The position numbers and the translations under genes were made by a program. A stretch of DNA of 46,275 bases from a virus (lineage: Duplodnaviria; Caudoviricetes): IMG/VR virus record IMGVR_UViG_3300006169_000027, positions 1 through 46,275 of that record. The stretch is one strand, 5' to 3'. Positions 36,531-45,831 of this stretch are shown here, in pieces; positions within the stretch are counted from its first letter, which is position 1; each line of letters starts with the position of its first letter. Below the pieces are notes generated by a model that was not told the origin of the DNA, did no database searches, and saw only the letters and a program-made list of their open reading frames with translations.

Positions 36531-36955
36531 TGAATTTTTACGGGATCTGCCTTGCGCGCGTGAATCAATAGGTTTTCGGACCATTTCATCAATTCGATGT
36601 CGGCATCGGAAAAGACCGGATTTCCGTGCATGGCGGTCAGATCCTTTTTTTGACGTACCATGTCCGTCAATTTTTCGATTTGCGTGATCATCTTGGAATA
36701 AAGTTCCGCGCGTTCGCCTTCCGCGATCATGTGGACCGTTTTCAGATCTTGCATGAATTGACGCCGTGTGTCTTCCGTGAGCCGTGGACCGGTGACGGCG
36801 ATGTGAATGATCTTTGCGGCGATGCGGATCCCGAACGCCGTGGAGAATTGCGGACAATGAAGTCCGGCAGATGCCGCCATTTCTTGAAGTTTCTTTCCCA
36901 TGGCGATCAATTCGAAATTGTCCATCTGGACCGTGCCGTTGCCTTGCGTTTGCAT
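36527..36955 (-). CDS. Hypothetical protein
   Basis: 142-aa coupled ORF. Confidence 0.6.
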   Translation of the reverse strand: MQTQGNGTVQMDNFELIAMGKKLQEMAASAGLHCPQFSTAFGIRIAAKIIHIAVTGPRLTEDTRRQFMQDLKTVHMIAEGERAELYSKMITQIEKLTDMVRQKKDLTAMHGNPVFSDADIELMKWSENLLIHARKADPVKIQ

Positions 36956-36957
36956 GT

Positions 36958-37155
36958 TTATTTGATTTTTTCGGTGATGTCAACACCGAACACGATGGTC
37001 CGGTGTTGTGCTTCTTGGATGACTGCGATGGAATAATCGACGCGCATCGCGGCGACCTTCATGTCGCGAAGATTCTTCGTCGATCTGTTTTCAAGGTATG
37101 TTTCAACCGTGCTTCGATATTCCTTGACCAACCTTGCGAATTCCTTGTTGTCCAT
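36958..37155 (-). CDS. Hypothetical protein
   Basis: 65-aa ORF. Confidence 0.6.
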   Translation of the reverse strand: MDNKEFARLVKEYRSTVETYLENRSTKNLRDMKVAAMRVDYSIAVIQEAQHRTIVFGVDITEKIK

Positions 37156-37161
37156 GTAGAT

Positions 37162-37686
37162 CTATTTTTTGTCAAAAGTTACGGTCACACCGGTCGTCGA
37201 TCGCTTGATCGGCGGATACACGGTCACGACTTCGCCGGTGTCTTCGATGGTGATCGTGACGCCGTCCGCCGGAACATTCTTCAAGAAGGATTCGATTTCC
37301 TTCAATTGCGCCGCGATCGCCTGGAATTGGTCATTCAGTTCGTTCCATCGCGGATGATGGCATCCGGTGAAATCGAACTTGGTTCCTTGCTCCTTGATTT
37401 CGAAGGTCGCGTCGCCGCGCTTGAATTGCTTGGATCCTTGGCGTTCCGCCGCTTCAAGCAATCTTTCGGAATAGATCTTCGCGGTTGCGGGATTGGACTT
37501 TTTGTCGGTGAGCATTGAAAGACATGATTCGATCGATTTGATTTGATAGTGAACGTCGATCGGATCAAGTTGTCCTTCGTCGATGGCTTCAAGTATGGCG
37601 GCGGCAAATGATGCGCGTTTTTGCGCGGTCGGGAATTCGGGTGCATCCGTGCGGATGACGCGAAGATCGATGATTGTTTTTTTCAT
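37162..37686 (-). CDS. Hypothetical protein (phage early/recombination region)
   Basis: 174 aa; KFDFTGC..W..L...LKEIESFLK..DTGEV..YPP. Confidence 0.65.
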   Translation of the reverse strand: MKKTIIDLRVIRTDAPEFPTAQKRASFAAAILEAIDEGQLDPIDVHYQIKSIESCLSMLTDKKSNPATAKIYSERLLEAAERQGSKQFKRGDATFEIKEQGTKFDFTGCHHPRWNELNDQFQAIAAQLKEIESFLKNVPADGVTITIEDTGEVVTVYPPIKRSTTGVTVTFDKK

Positions 37687-38342
37687 GATTCAAAAATTGA
37701 TGTTTGTGTGATGAATGGTTTCGTGAATTGGTCGGCAATTGCGGCAGCTATTCCGGTATAAGTCCGGGACCGTTCCTTCCAACGGTCTTTTGTGTCCGGC
37801 ATCATGTGCATCCGGTTCCGGACTTTTGGATCCAGACGCATCATTTCGGCGCGGACGTTGTTGGTCGGACGAAGGCGCGGCAGATTGTGCAGCCATAAAC
37901 ACGTTCCTTTTTGTTCCGGGTGTCCGAACATCCACGGTTGAATTTTTTGATGATAGCGGACGCCGATTTCCTTGATTGCGTATCCGTGCGGGACCGGATT
38001 TTCAAGCATCAACCGCCGGACGCGGGAACGAAGATCCCAACAACGGCGGAAAAAGCGCGCCGCCTGGATCATCTTTTCCCATCGTCCCGGTTCCGAGTGC
38101 AGCCATTGAACGCCGGAATGTGCCAAGAAGGTGCAAGGCGGATGAATGATCGCAAGATCGTAAAAGAACGGCGGCAATGATTCGATGTGTGCGAATAGAT
38201 CCATTTGATGATGAACACCGTGATCCGCTTCCGATGGCAGCAAGTCGCACGACGCCGCATTCCATCCGCGCGCGGTCAAGGCGTCGCGCATAATAGCCGA
38301 ATATTCACATCCGACGATCGCATTCATGCCGATCATTTTCAT
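37683..38342 (-). CDS. Phage DNA cytosine methyltransferase-like protein
   Basis: VGCEYS..RDA..G..A.SCDL, HPPCT (motif IV), ENP (motif VI), K.TCLWL, RS.TY.GIA. Confidence 0.8.
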   Translation of the reverse strand: MKMIGMNAIVGCEYSAIMRDALTARGWNAASCDLLPSEADHGVHHQMDLFAHIESLPPFFYDLAIIHPPCTFLAHSGVQWLHSEPGRWEKMIQAARFFRRCWDLRSRVRRLMLENPVPHGYAIKEIGVRYHQKIQPWMFGHPEQKGTCLWLHNLPRLRPTNNVRAEMMRLDPKVRNRMHMMPDTKDRWKERSRTYTGIAAAIADQFTKPFITQTSIFES

Positions 38343-38710
38343 TCTGGATCCTTTTTGTGTGAATAGCTGCCGTCGCCGTTGTCGATCCATTCGCGGCGAA
38401 GGTTGGTCACGGTCTTTTGTGCGATCGCGTGTTTCAGCATGTTGACGGTGAATCCGCGCCGGCGAAGATAGGTCAACATACACATCACAACGTCGGCACA
38501 TTCGACGAGCGATTCCGATTCGTTCCCGGATTGATGCGCTTCGATCAATTCTTTCAATTCCTTGCCGGCATGGATCAAGCATCCTTCCGGTGTTCCTTTC
38601 GGGAAAAGTTGATCGGCGGCGGACATCCATTCGTCGACCACGCGGTCCAAAGGTTTGTTCATGGTGTTCCGATAGTGCATGTCGACGATCGGTGTTTCAG
38701 TTTTTGACAT
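38339..38710 (-). CDS. MazG-like dATP/dGTP pyrophosphohydrolase (DUF550-like)
   Basis: H..KELKEL..ECADV..K..N..REW. Confidence 0.7.
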   Translation of the reverse strand: MSKTETPIVDMHYRNTMNKPLDRVVDEWMSAADQLFPKGTPEGCLIHAGKELKELIEAHQSGNESESLVECADVVMCMLTYLRRRGFTVNMLKHAIAQKTVTNLRREWIDNGDGSYSHKKDPE

Positions 38711-38730
38711 GATTTGATGTTTGTGATTTT

Positions 38731-39240
38731 TTACAATACGATTTCGCGCGCAATATCTTCGTGAATTGGTTCATGGACGAATCCGACCATCACTTGCGCG
38801 AGTGCTTCCGCGACTTCTTTTTCGGTGATCTTGAATCCGCGTTCATTCAATGACTTGGTCTTTATGCGGACATATTCTTCCCGGCTGCACGGGATGACGC
38901 CGGTGTCGGTCTGGATCTTCAAGATCCGGCGGTTTTCGCCGACCGGCTGATCTAGTGCAAGTTTTGCCATTGCTTCGACGATGGTCAATTTTTCCTTCCC
39001 GGTCAACTTTCGACCGGCGATTGATTCGATCAAGTTCAAAAATTGTTCATGTTTCATTGTCGTCCGGTTTTTTAGCATGTCAAGAATGATCCGGCATTTC
39101 TTGTAATATTTTATTTCGAATAGTGCTTGCATTTCGGTAGCATGGTCGGCGATGGTCTTGAATTTCCACGATTTCCAGGCGAAATAAAGCGCAATACCGA
39201 CGGCGATGATGATGGTGAATGTTGACGCGTTGATGTTCAT
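38731..39240 (-). CDS. Membrane-anchored hypothetical protein
   Basis: N-terminal TM helix. Confidence 0.6.
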   Translation of the reverse strand: MNINASTFTIIIAVGIALYFAWKSWKFKTIADHATEMQALFEIKYYKKCRIILDMLKNRTTMKHEQFLNLIESIAGRKLTGKEKLTIVEAMAKLALDQPVGENRRILKIQTDTGVIPCSREEYVRIKTKSLNERGFKITEKEVAEALAQVMVGFVHEPIHEDIAREIVL

Positions 39241-39255
39241 GGTGATGGTTTTTGG

Positions 39256-39420
39256 TTAGTTTTTGCAAATGTGAATGACAAGGTTCATTTGTGTCGCATG
39301 GACAAGCGGTCCTTGCGGGATCCGCGTGAATGTGAACTTCCATTTCAAAAGGTCGAATTCTTCTTGCGGGATCCGCATCAAGTGAATTCCGGAATGGATG
39401 TGCGTGAAGATGTTTTGCAT
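39256..39420 (-). CDS. Small hypothetical protein, 54 aa (MQNIFTHIHSG..HICKN)
   Basis: Manual translation; fills the gap; below the ORF-track cut-off. Confidence 0.5.
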   Translation of the reverse strand: MQNIFTHIHSGIHLMRIPQEEFDLLKWKFTFTRIPQGPLVHATQMNLVIHICKN

Positions 39421-39424
39421 GTGG

Positions 39425-39574
39425 TTAGTTTGGATGAATGAAACAAATCATTTTTCCGAATCGACGCGATTCGCGATTGAAAAAATGGAATTCGACGCGT
39501 GTAGGTTGTGATGGTGTGATCCAAGATCCGGTTGCATAATAGCCGGACAGGATGAACGGGAACAATTTGATCAT
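39425..39574 (-). CDS. Small hypothetical protein
   Basis: Start re-called to MIKLFP after a CATCAC leader. Confidence 0.5.
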   Translation of the reverse strand: MIKLFPFILSGYYATGSWITPSQPTRVEFHFFNRESRRFGKMICFIHPN

Positions 39575-39604
39575 TTGTGATGGTTTTGATGTGATTGTAA
39601 AGGT

Positions 39605-39643
39605 AAAAGGAAGGATCCGGAAATTCAAGTCCAGATCCTTCCG
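39605..39643 (-). terminator. Intrinsic terminator
   Basis: ggaaggatctgga/tccggatccttcc stem plus TTTT. Confidence 0.7.
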
Positions 39644-39650
39644 GGATTGG

Positions 39651-40250
39651 TTAGGCTTCGACCGCTTCCGGTTCGTCGGCGGTCTTCTTGCGACCGCGCT
39701 TTGACGGCGGCATTTTGGCGTCGACGCCGGAATCGATGCCGTTCGGCGATTCGTCGTGATCTTCGAACATGGACAATTGTGGATCCGGTGCGGATTTCCC
39801 GTAGTCCAGATATTCCGCCGCTTCTTTTTCGATGCGGTCGATGGATTCTAGCAATTGATCGATGAACTTGTATCCGGTTTCTGATTCTTCATTGAATCGG
39901 GTGAATGGAGTGTTCACCGTGACCGTCTTCCCATTTTTCAACGTGCGGATCCCGGTGATGATGATTCCAGGATCATCTTCCGCACCGCCGATCGAATAAC
40001 CGGACACGCGGAAATCTTCCGTCGCTTTTTTTGGCGGATTTCCGAATTGCTTGATTTCTGACACATCCACGAATCCGGCAAGAAGTGTGAAATGAAGTGT
40101 CAATCCGGCGAAAGCTGCCTTGAAGTCGTCATGAACCGGTGTTTTCGATTCGATTGTTGTTTTTGCCTTCTTTCGTCCTTCACCGGTGACGAACGAGATC
40201 AACGGCGTCGCGCCTTCGATCAACTTGACCTTGACAATTTTGCGTTCCAT
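39651..40250 (-). CDS. Hypothetical protein (OB/SSB-like, acidic tail)
   Basis: 199 aa flanked by terminators; VHDDFK..GIIITG..VNTP..Y; QLSMF clamp-like motif. Confidence 0.6.
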   Translation of the reverse strand: MERKIVKVKLIEGATPLISFVTGEGRKKAKTTIESKTPVHDDFKAAFAGLTLHFTLLAGFVDVSEIKQFGNPPKKATEDFRVSGYSIGGAEDDPGIIITGIRTLKNGKTVTVNTPFTRFNEESETGYKFIDQLLESIDRIEKEAAEYLDYGKSAPDPQLSMFEDHDESPNGIDSGVDAKMPPSKRGRKKTADEPEAVEA

Positions 40251-40272
40251 CGCTTTTTTTGATTTGGGTGTA

Positions 40273-40308
40273 TAAAAATGCCGGTCACGGAATGGATCCG
40301 CGCCGGCG
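40273..40308 (-). terminator. Intrinsic terminator
   Basis: gccgg-cgcgga..tccgtg-ccggc plus ATTTTT. Confidence 0.6.
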
Positions 40309-40313
40309 TTGCT

Positions 40314-40694
40314 TCAATATGAATTCGGACGAAGTTGCGGTTCCACGTCCTTGATGATGACGTCATTCATTCGGTTCAAACCAATCCACCGTTCGCCCAT
40401 GTAAGTCAAGATCTTGAACCATGTGCCGCGCGGCAGCTTGGATATGATTGGATTTTTTAGTTGCGTCAGTTCGAAGTCGATGTCGGTGATCTTCTTGTTG
40501 TATTCATCGATCTGACCGACGATCGCGTTCGTCTTGGCGCAATGCGCGTTCCATTCTTCGACGGTCGCGGTGATCGGTGCGGTGCATTCCTTCGTCAATT
40601 CCGCGATGGTGTTGCGGTGATCTGACCTTTCGAATTCAAGTTGTTGGATCTTGTCGATCGCTTCGACAAGAAAGTCGGTTGTCAATTGCTCCAT
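40314..40694 (-). CDS. Hypothetical coiled-coil protein
   Basis: 126 aa. Confidence 0.6.
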   Translation of the reverse strand: MEQLTTDFLVEAIDKIQQLEFERSDHRNTIAELTKECTAPITATVEEWNAHCAKTNAIVGQIDEYNKKITDIDFELTQLKNPIISKLPRGTWFKILTYMGERWIGLNRMNDVIIKDVEPQLRPNSY

Positions 40695-40706
40695 GATTGT
40701 GATGTT

Positions 40707-40901
40707 TTAGATGTTGTCGTCAATGTGATAAAAAAGACACGCGACGATCTTGGTTTGCATCTGGACCATGGACGAATTGATGAATTCGAAATTGAACTTC
40801 CGTCCGGACTTGGACATGAATTCGAAAAAGCGGTTGATTTCGTCATTCAGTTCGTTCGCATCGCGTGCCACGATGACGCGGCATTTAGTTGTCTTTTTCA
40901 T
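40707..40901 (-). CDS. Hypothetical protein
   Basis: 64 aa. Confidence 0.55.
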   Translation of the reverse strand: MKKTTKCRVIVARDANELNDEINRFFEFMSKSGRKFNFEFINSSMVQMQTKIVACLFYHIDDNI

Positions 40902-40902
40902 G

Positions 40903-41163
40903 TTAGTCGATGTTTTGTTGCATGAGTTGAAAGCGGATCATCGCGTGACGACATTTCATCGTGAACTTGAAGTCAATGTTGCCGTGTTCGACTTGGACTT
41001 CACATCCGGCGTCAAACATCTGATAGGCGATTTCCTTCACTTGGTTCGCGGCTTCCGCTTGGCTTGCCGCCTGGATTCTAAGGACCACCGGCGACGATGA
41101 AGACGCCTTTTCGGTTGATCGATGCGGATGCGATGTGATGGTCAATGCGAAGATCTTTTCCAT
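40903..41163 (-). CDS. Hypothetical protein
   Basis: Start re-called to MEKIFAL. Confidence 0.55.
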   Translation of the reverse strand: MEKIFALTITSHPHRSTEKASSSSPVVLRIQAASQAEAANQVKEIAYQMFDAGCEVQVEHGNIDFKFTMKCRHAMIRFQLMQQNID

Positions 41164-41165
41164 GA

Positions 41166-41417
41166 TTAAAAGATTGAAGATTGTTTCAAAATTGGTTTGC
41201 AAGTCCGGGCAATGCCGGTATAAATGGCGATCGAAACTTCCACGCGGTCGCCGGCTTTCGGTTTGTCGGCGACATAGTCGAAGTCGATCCAGAATGTCGA
41301 ACCGTAGTCGGTCACGACCTTCGTGTCGCCGTTGATGTTGTGTTCGGGAAGGACGGTCACGGCGACCGTGATGCGTGGCATTCGCTGACCGTCTTGAACG
41401 ATGATTTGTTCTTGCAT
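41166..41417 (-). CDS. Hypothetical protein
   Basis: 83 aa. Confidence 0.55.
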   Translation of the reverse strand: MQEQIIVQDGQRMPRITVAVTVLPEHNINGDTKVVTDYGSTFWIDFDYVADKPKAGDRVEVSIAIYTGIARTCKPILKQSSIF

Positions 41418-41429
41418 GATTCAAATGGT

Positions 41430-41654
41430 TTAATTGTGAATTAAAATTGTGATGATAGAAAAGTGCGTCACGAACGTCAGGACGTCGATGATGACGTCAA
41501 GAATTGCCGTGAAGACATGATAAAACTTTTGCCCGTTGTCTTCGATGAATTCGAATGACACTTGCACACCTTTCGGAAATGATTCCATCGGCAAGACTGA
41601 AAGCGCGGTTCCGGTGTGCATGATCTGCATCGTTTGGATTTGTGAAAGTTGCAT
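41430..41654 (-). CDS. Hypothetical protein
   Basis: Start re-called to MQLSQ. Confidence 0.5.
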   Translation of the reverse strand: MQLSQIQTMQIMHTGTALSVLPMESFPKGVQVSFEFIEDNGQKFYHVFTAILDVIIDVLTFVTHFSIITILIHN

Positions 41655-41670
41655 GTTAGTCGGTTTGAAG

Positions 41671-41940
41671 TTAGTCAAATGGATTCGATTCGCCGTCCTT
41701 GGAGCCGTAGAATGTTGCCTTGTCAGCATTGCAAAAATAGGTCAACACACCATCCGTCGAAAGATGCGGATAATTGTGGAACCTTGTCAATAGTTCGAAG
41801 GTTAACACGATTTCACCATTTTCGCCGTATTCGATCCGAAGGCGATCACCGGCGGACGGTTGAAACTTGCCCGGAACTTCGACGAATGTGTTTTGATTGG
41901 TGTCAGGATGCGTAAAGAAGACGCGTGTGATGATGTTCAT
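41671..41940 (-). CDS. Hypothetical protein
   Basis: 89 aa with CATCACATC leader. Confidence 0.6.
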   Translation of the reverse strand: MNIITRVFFTHPDTNQNTFVEVPGKFQPSAGDRLRIEYGENGEIVLTFELLTRFHNYPHLSTDGVLTYFCNADKATFYGSKDGESNPFD

Positions 41941-41963
41941 GATGTGATGTATTTTAGAAATGG

Positions 41964-42461
41964 TTAGAAATTCGGATCCGGCTTCGTGATGTCTTCGAAG
42001 GTGTTGTCGTCCACGGTGATCACCGTGTCGGAAGATGTCTTTTCCTTTTTCGGCTTTTCGATGATCGGCGTGATGCGACCGGCGCGGAAAAGATCATTGA
42101 ACATGAAACGACGGTTCGTGTGCGTGCCGGCGAAGACGGATCCGTTGATCACGACTTTCTTCGTCCGGACGGTCATGAATTCGTCATCGATCGCGATCAC
42201 CTTGTTTTCGATCTTCACGGAATAACCGGGAATTGCGAGTTCATAGCGGTCGCCGACTTCCGGAATCCAAACCGCTTTTTCATCTTCCCAAAATGCGCGC
42301 GCGCCGCCTTCCGCGTCCCGGTATTCCGACACGCCGTCATGTGTGACGATGCACGATTCGCCGAATGGATAATAATTCGGAATGATGTCCGTGATCGTGA
42401 AGATGATCTTGCCGTTGTTGATGGCGAATTTTTGTCCGATGCGAAATGTGATGTGTTGCAT
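41964..42461 (-). CDS. Hypothetical protein, first gene of an early operon
   Basis: 165 aa, starts MQHIT. Confidence 0.65.
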   Translation of the reverse strand: MQHITFRIGQKFAINNGKIIFTITDIIPNYYPFGESCIVTHDGVSEYRDAEGGARAFWEDEKAVWIPEVGDRYELAIPGYSVKIENKVIAIDDEFMTVRTKKVVINGSVFAGTHTNRRFMFNDLFRAGRITPIIEKPKKEKTSSDTVITVDDNTFEDITKPDPNF

Positions 42462-42501
42462 GATTGTGATGGTTTTGATGTGATGTGTGATGTTTCGGTT
42501 T

Positions 42502-42538
42502 CAAATATAGAAACACTTCCCGGAATAACAAATGTTAT
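42502..42538 (-). promoter_or_regulatory. Consensus Bacteroidota promoter TTTG-N19-TATATTTG overlapped by palindrome ATAACAAATGTTAT
   Basis: -7 box at 42502-42509, -33 box at 42529-42532, palindrome at 42525-42538. Confidence 0.8.
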
Positions 42539-42554
42539 TTTTCCCCATTTCGAC

Positions 42555-43067
42555 CTATTTTTTCCGCCATTTCGACGAAAAAGGCGGTGTTTTTTGCGCT
42601 TCCGGCTGATTTCCAGGCGGATCGATGTCCGTTTCGCCGGTCTGGATCCGGTTCATGTCCTTCCATGTAGGCTTGAACCATGGCGTCGCGCGCATGTAGT
42701 CGGATATCAAGATCATGAAGTCTTCGACGGACCGGCAAATTTCGTACTTGTATCCCATCGACCGCGCCCACTTCATAAACATGATTTGATCGTCGGTTTG
42801 TTCGTTCGTGCCAACTTTCATTTCGATATAGAAACCATGGAATTCACCGGACGGGATGGACAAGAACAAATCCGCCACGCCACGCACGACGCCCATGCGC
42901 TTAAATTTAGCCGCTTCGATGACGTTCCGGGATCCACCATTCGCCGGATGGAAAAGACAGTAAACAAAGCGCGCGTATTGCATCCGGAACCATGACACAC
43001 AATGCGCTTGCAATTGATCTTCCGAAATATGGAAAGGATCTTTCCTTCTTGTTGGAGTTTTTGACAT
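42555..43067 (-). CDS. VRR-NUC domain nuclease
   Basis: EDQLQ..HPANGG.R..GV..GVADL..FYIEMK..Q...Q. Confidence 0.85.
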   Translation of the reverse strand: MSKTPTRRKDPFHISEDQLQAHCVSWFRMQYARFVYCLFHPANGGSRNVIEAAKFKRMGVVRGVADLFLSIPSGEFHGFYIEMKVGTNEQTDDQIMFMKWARSMGYKYEICRSVEDFMILISDYMRATPWFKPTWKDMNRIQTGETDIDPPGNQPEAQKTPPFSSKWRKK

Positions 43068-43102
43068 GATGAATCGTTTCAAATGGTTTTTCAAATGTAG
43101 GC

Positions 43103-43136
43103 AAAAAAAAGCCGGCGGACCATCACTTCCGCCGGC
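43103..43136 (-). terminator. Strong intrinsic terminator
   Basis: gccggcgga/tccgccggc stem plus T8. Confidence 0.85.
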
Positions 43137-43159
43137 GTACTTACTAACCATTTGAAACA

Positions 43160-44092
43160 TCACGATCGCACATCACTTTGACCGTGTGTAGATCCCAAAA
43201 ATAAAGGATCTGCCGGAAATACGAAACATCTTTCCGGATCTTTTGGCGATTTATTGTCAAAAAAGTCATAAACGCACATCCTTCGCGCCATTCCATCGAC
43301 TTCGTCACCGCCGCCGGATTTCAATAGTTCGACTTCCATCACCTGACCAATCGTGCGCGCCGTTCCATGCGCTTCACGCGCTGCACCTTCCGCCGTCTTT
43401 TGTCCGATCAACCGCGCGCGCGCGCGTTCGCGATATTTGATCCATGCGTCCGGCTCCAGATGTCCAAGTTCGACCAAGTGATCGAATGTCATCGACGCCA
43501 AGAAGATCCGACCGGTGTCGTGATATTCCTTCCGCCGGTCTTCCACGAATGCGACCATTTCGGCGCGACGTGATTCCGGTGATGGCGGCGGAAGTTGTTT
43601 TTGGATTTCGTGGTTGACCGCCTGGAAAGTTTGTTGTATTTCCGGCGCAAGTGAATTCCGGTGTTTGATGTATGCCGACAACACGCCGCCAAGATAGTCC
43701 ATCGTGAACGCTTGAAAGTGATGGATGATTTTTCCGTCGGGTGAATGCTGAATCAATCTTCCCATCGCATTTAATTCGAAGGCGTGAACGATTTCATGGT
43801 GTGTCAGTTTCGGATAATGCACCGGGATCATTTTTTTCATCAACATCATCACCGGCTTCAAATCGTCCGCCGGGATCTTGATGCCGGTGATCAATGTGAT
43901 CGACTTCAAGATGTGCTTGACCGCCGCATTCAGTTCATCCGGTCCTAGCTTGGAAATTGCCGGCGCGCAATTGGCGGCGTGGAATATTTCCGCCGCTTCA
44001 CAATTCGATGTTGTCAATTGCTGATATACTTGACGCGACACGGGATGAAGATCCGTTGACGTGATGACCGTTAGTTGATTTTTTTGTTCCAT
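43160..44092 (-). CDS. Replication-associated protein (possible helicase loader)
   Basis: Follows the initiator; YPKLT..EI..AFEL..F..DYLG.VL.AY. Confidence 0.45.
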   Translation of the reverse strand: MEQKNQLTVITSTDLHPVSRQVYQQLTTSNCEAAEIFHAANCAPAISKLGPDELNAAVKHILKSITLITGIKIPADDLKPVMMLMKKMIPVHYPKLTHHEIVHAFELNAMGRLIQHSPDGKIIHHFQAFTMDYLGGVLSAYIKHRNSLAPEIQQTFQAVNHEIQKQLPPPSPESRRAEMVAFVEDRRKEYHDTGRIFLASMTFDHLVELGHLEPDAWIKYRERARARLIGQKTAEGAAREAHGTARTIGQVMEVELLKSGGGDEVDGMARRMCVYDFFDNKSPKDPERCFVFPADPLFLGSTHGQSDVRS

Positions 44093-44918
44093 TGTTAGCC
44101 GATTTGATGTGTGCGATGATGTTGGTTAGATTCGACGCGATGTCTTGAAGACGAATTTTCCCGGATTCATAATTTCCCCACGATGACCAATTTTTCAAGA
44201 TCAATCCGAAAGATTCGATCGTCAGTTTGTCAACGCGTTCCGCCGGTTCGTCTGGATGCGCTTTCCGGACTTGGTCTTGAAGGTAGGTGCAGATCGTTCG
44301 AAGACCTTTGTTTCCGGCGGCTGAATTCATCGGATCCGCGCCGGTCCTTTCAACATGAAAGTCGACGTACAATTTCCGCGCCGGTTCAATAACATTTGTT
44401 ATCGGATCCTTTTTTTTGTCTGTATTAGAAGATGATGATTTATCATCATCTACTATATTACTATTATTATTAGTAACATTTGTTATCCCGGAATTTTTTT
44501 CGTTTTCGAATTCAAGGACCGGCGCGCCGTTTTTTGATGCCTTCGCCGTGGAACGCTTGCGGGACGCGGCTTTTTTAGGTTTGTCCCATCTTTCGGACAT
44601 TCCTTTTTTGCCGGCTGACGCACGCTTTTCCGATATGATTCGGCGTCGTTCACACGCTTCTTTTATTGCCGGATCGGATAACAAACCGCTAACAAAATGA
44701 TAACACTTGTTATCGATCAAAATTTGCAGATCTGCCGGCGTGCAACCGAGTTGTGAACACACCACGTCGACCGAACATTCGCCGTCGTTGGTCGCGATCA
44801 CTTCCCGCACGCGCGCATAAAGACCATACGCGGCATTCCCGCCTTTAGCGATCAATGACATACATTCCGGACGATTCCGGTTGTTGTTATCCCATTGAAA
44901 AAACCAATTACTTCCCAT
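43998..44918 (-). CDS. Putative replication initiator (DUF4373/Lin1244-like N-terminus) containing a candidate origin
   Basis: WF..D....L....G..AYGLY N-terminus; R..ISEKR..AGKKG linker; low-complexity AT-rich centre with repeats. Confidence 0.65.
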   Translation of the reverse strand: MGSNWFFQWDNNNRNRPECMSLIAKGGNAAYGLYARVREVIATNDGECSVDVVCSQLGCTPADLQILIDNKCYHFVSGLLSDPAIKEACERRRIISEKRASAGKKGMSERWDKPKKAASRKRSTAKASKNGAPVLEFENEKNSGITNVTNNNSNIVDDDKSSSSNTDKKKDPITNVIEPARKLYVDFHVERTGADPMNSAAGNKGLRTICTYLQDQVRKAHPDEPAERVDKLTIESFGLILKNWSSWGNYESGKIRLQDIASNLTNIIAHIKSANNGTKKSTNGHHVNGSSSRVASSISAIDNIEL

Positions 44919-44919
44919 G

Positions 44920-45456
44920 TCACTTTTTTAAAAGGTCAATAATTTGATGGAGTGTTTCGGCGCATTCCGGGCAGAGCCGGGAAAATAAAGATCCTTCGAT
45001 TTCGCGCCGGATGTCGTCTTTCTGGATCGTTCCGGTCCCGGAAGTGCCTACAATGCCCGCCGAATCGATTCTTTTGCGGTTTCCTGACCGCTTCGCGACG
45101 ATCTTGGATCTTCCCGTCGTCCGGTCGGCGCGTTCCCGTTTTGCCGTCTTTCCGTTCGTCTTGACATTGATGATCTGACGGATTTTTTCGACGTGGTGCG
45201 GATAGATGTCCGCATCGAAGTCCCAATTGTATCGAATTTTTCGTCCGCGCTTCTTTTTTTGAACAAGACCGATTTCGATCGCTGCCGCGATGAATCCGTT
45301 CGACAATTTATGTTTCCGTGCAAAGTTGGTCGGGTTCCATTTGTTGACGCCTGGAAGATCGCGAAGTTCCGCTTTCAATTCGATCAATGCTTTCATGTAC
45401 TTTTCGGACGTGCGGATCCGGTCCGGTGATGATGATAGTTCAAATTCCTTTTCCAT
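44920..45456 (-). CDS. Basic putative DNA-binding protein
   Basis: FARKHKLS..IEIGLVQKK..YNW, wHTH-like; C-terminal CPEC. Confidence 0.45.
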   Translation of the reverse strand: MEKEFELSSSPDRIRTSEKYMKALIELKAELRDLPGVNKWNPTNFARKHKLSNGFIAAAIEIGLVQKKKRGRKIRYNWDFDADIYPHHVEKIRQIINVKTNGKTAKRERADRTTGRSKIVAKRSGNRKRIDSAGIVGTSGTGTIQKDDIRREIEGSLFSRLCPECAETLHQIIDLLKK

Positions 45457-45470
45457 GGTTAGAATGAATT

Positions 45471-45818
45471 TTAATGTTTGGCGACCGTTGGTTGATGAAG
45501 TGTGCGGTTTTCGGCGCGAATCAACGCGTCTTCCGGAAGTTCGACCGCGTGCATGATCATGTCGACGATGGTTTCCAATTCGTCTTTCTTCGACTTACCT
45601 TCGAAGTAAAGGTCGAAGATCTTTTGCGCGTTCCGCATGGCGCGGACTGCCTTGATCAATTCTTTCAATGACTTGATGTGCATGTTTGAAAAACGGACCA
45701 TCGCTTCCGATGCTTCCGTGATAGATACGAACTTTTGTCCGCCAAGCGCGGTTTCAACTTGGCAATGCGCCGTAAGTACGGCGGCGGCGTAATCGATCGA
45801 AGTTTTGTTGATGTTCAT
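45471..45818 (-). CDS. Hypothetical protein
   Basis: 115 aa. Confidence 0.6.
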   Translation of the reverse strand: MNINKTSIDYAAAVLTAHCQVETALGGQKFVSITEASEAMVRFSNMHIKSLKELIKAVRAMRNAQKIFDLYFEGKSKKDELETIVDMIMHAVELPEDALIRAENRTLHQPTVAKH

Positions 45819-45831
45819 GATGCTTCCTTTT

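Noticed and set aside
30546-38630. Long N-terminal extensions given by the ORF track for TerL, C1 peptidase, DpdA, QueF-like and methyltransferase
   Set aside because: They overlap upstream genes; downstream ATGs with coupled stop/start overlaps or A-rich leaders fit better
172-45671. Numerous plus-strand ORFs in the track
   Set aside because: Antisense shadows of minus-strand genes caused by biased codon usage; only 15111-15704 has recognisable motifs
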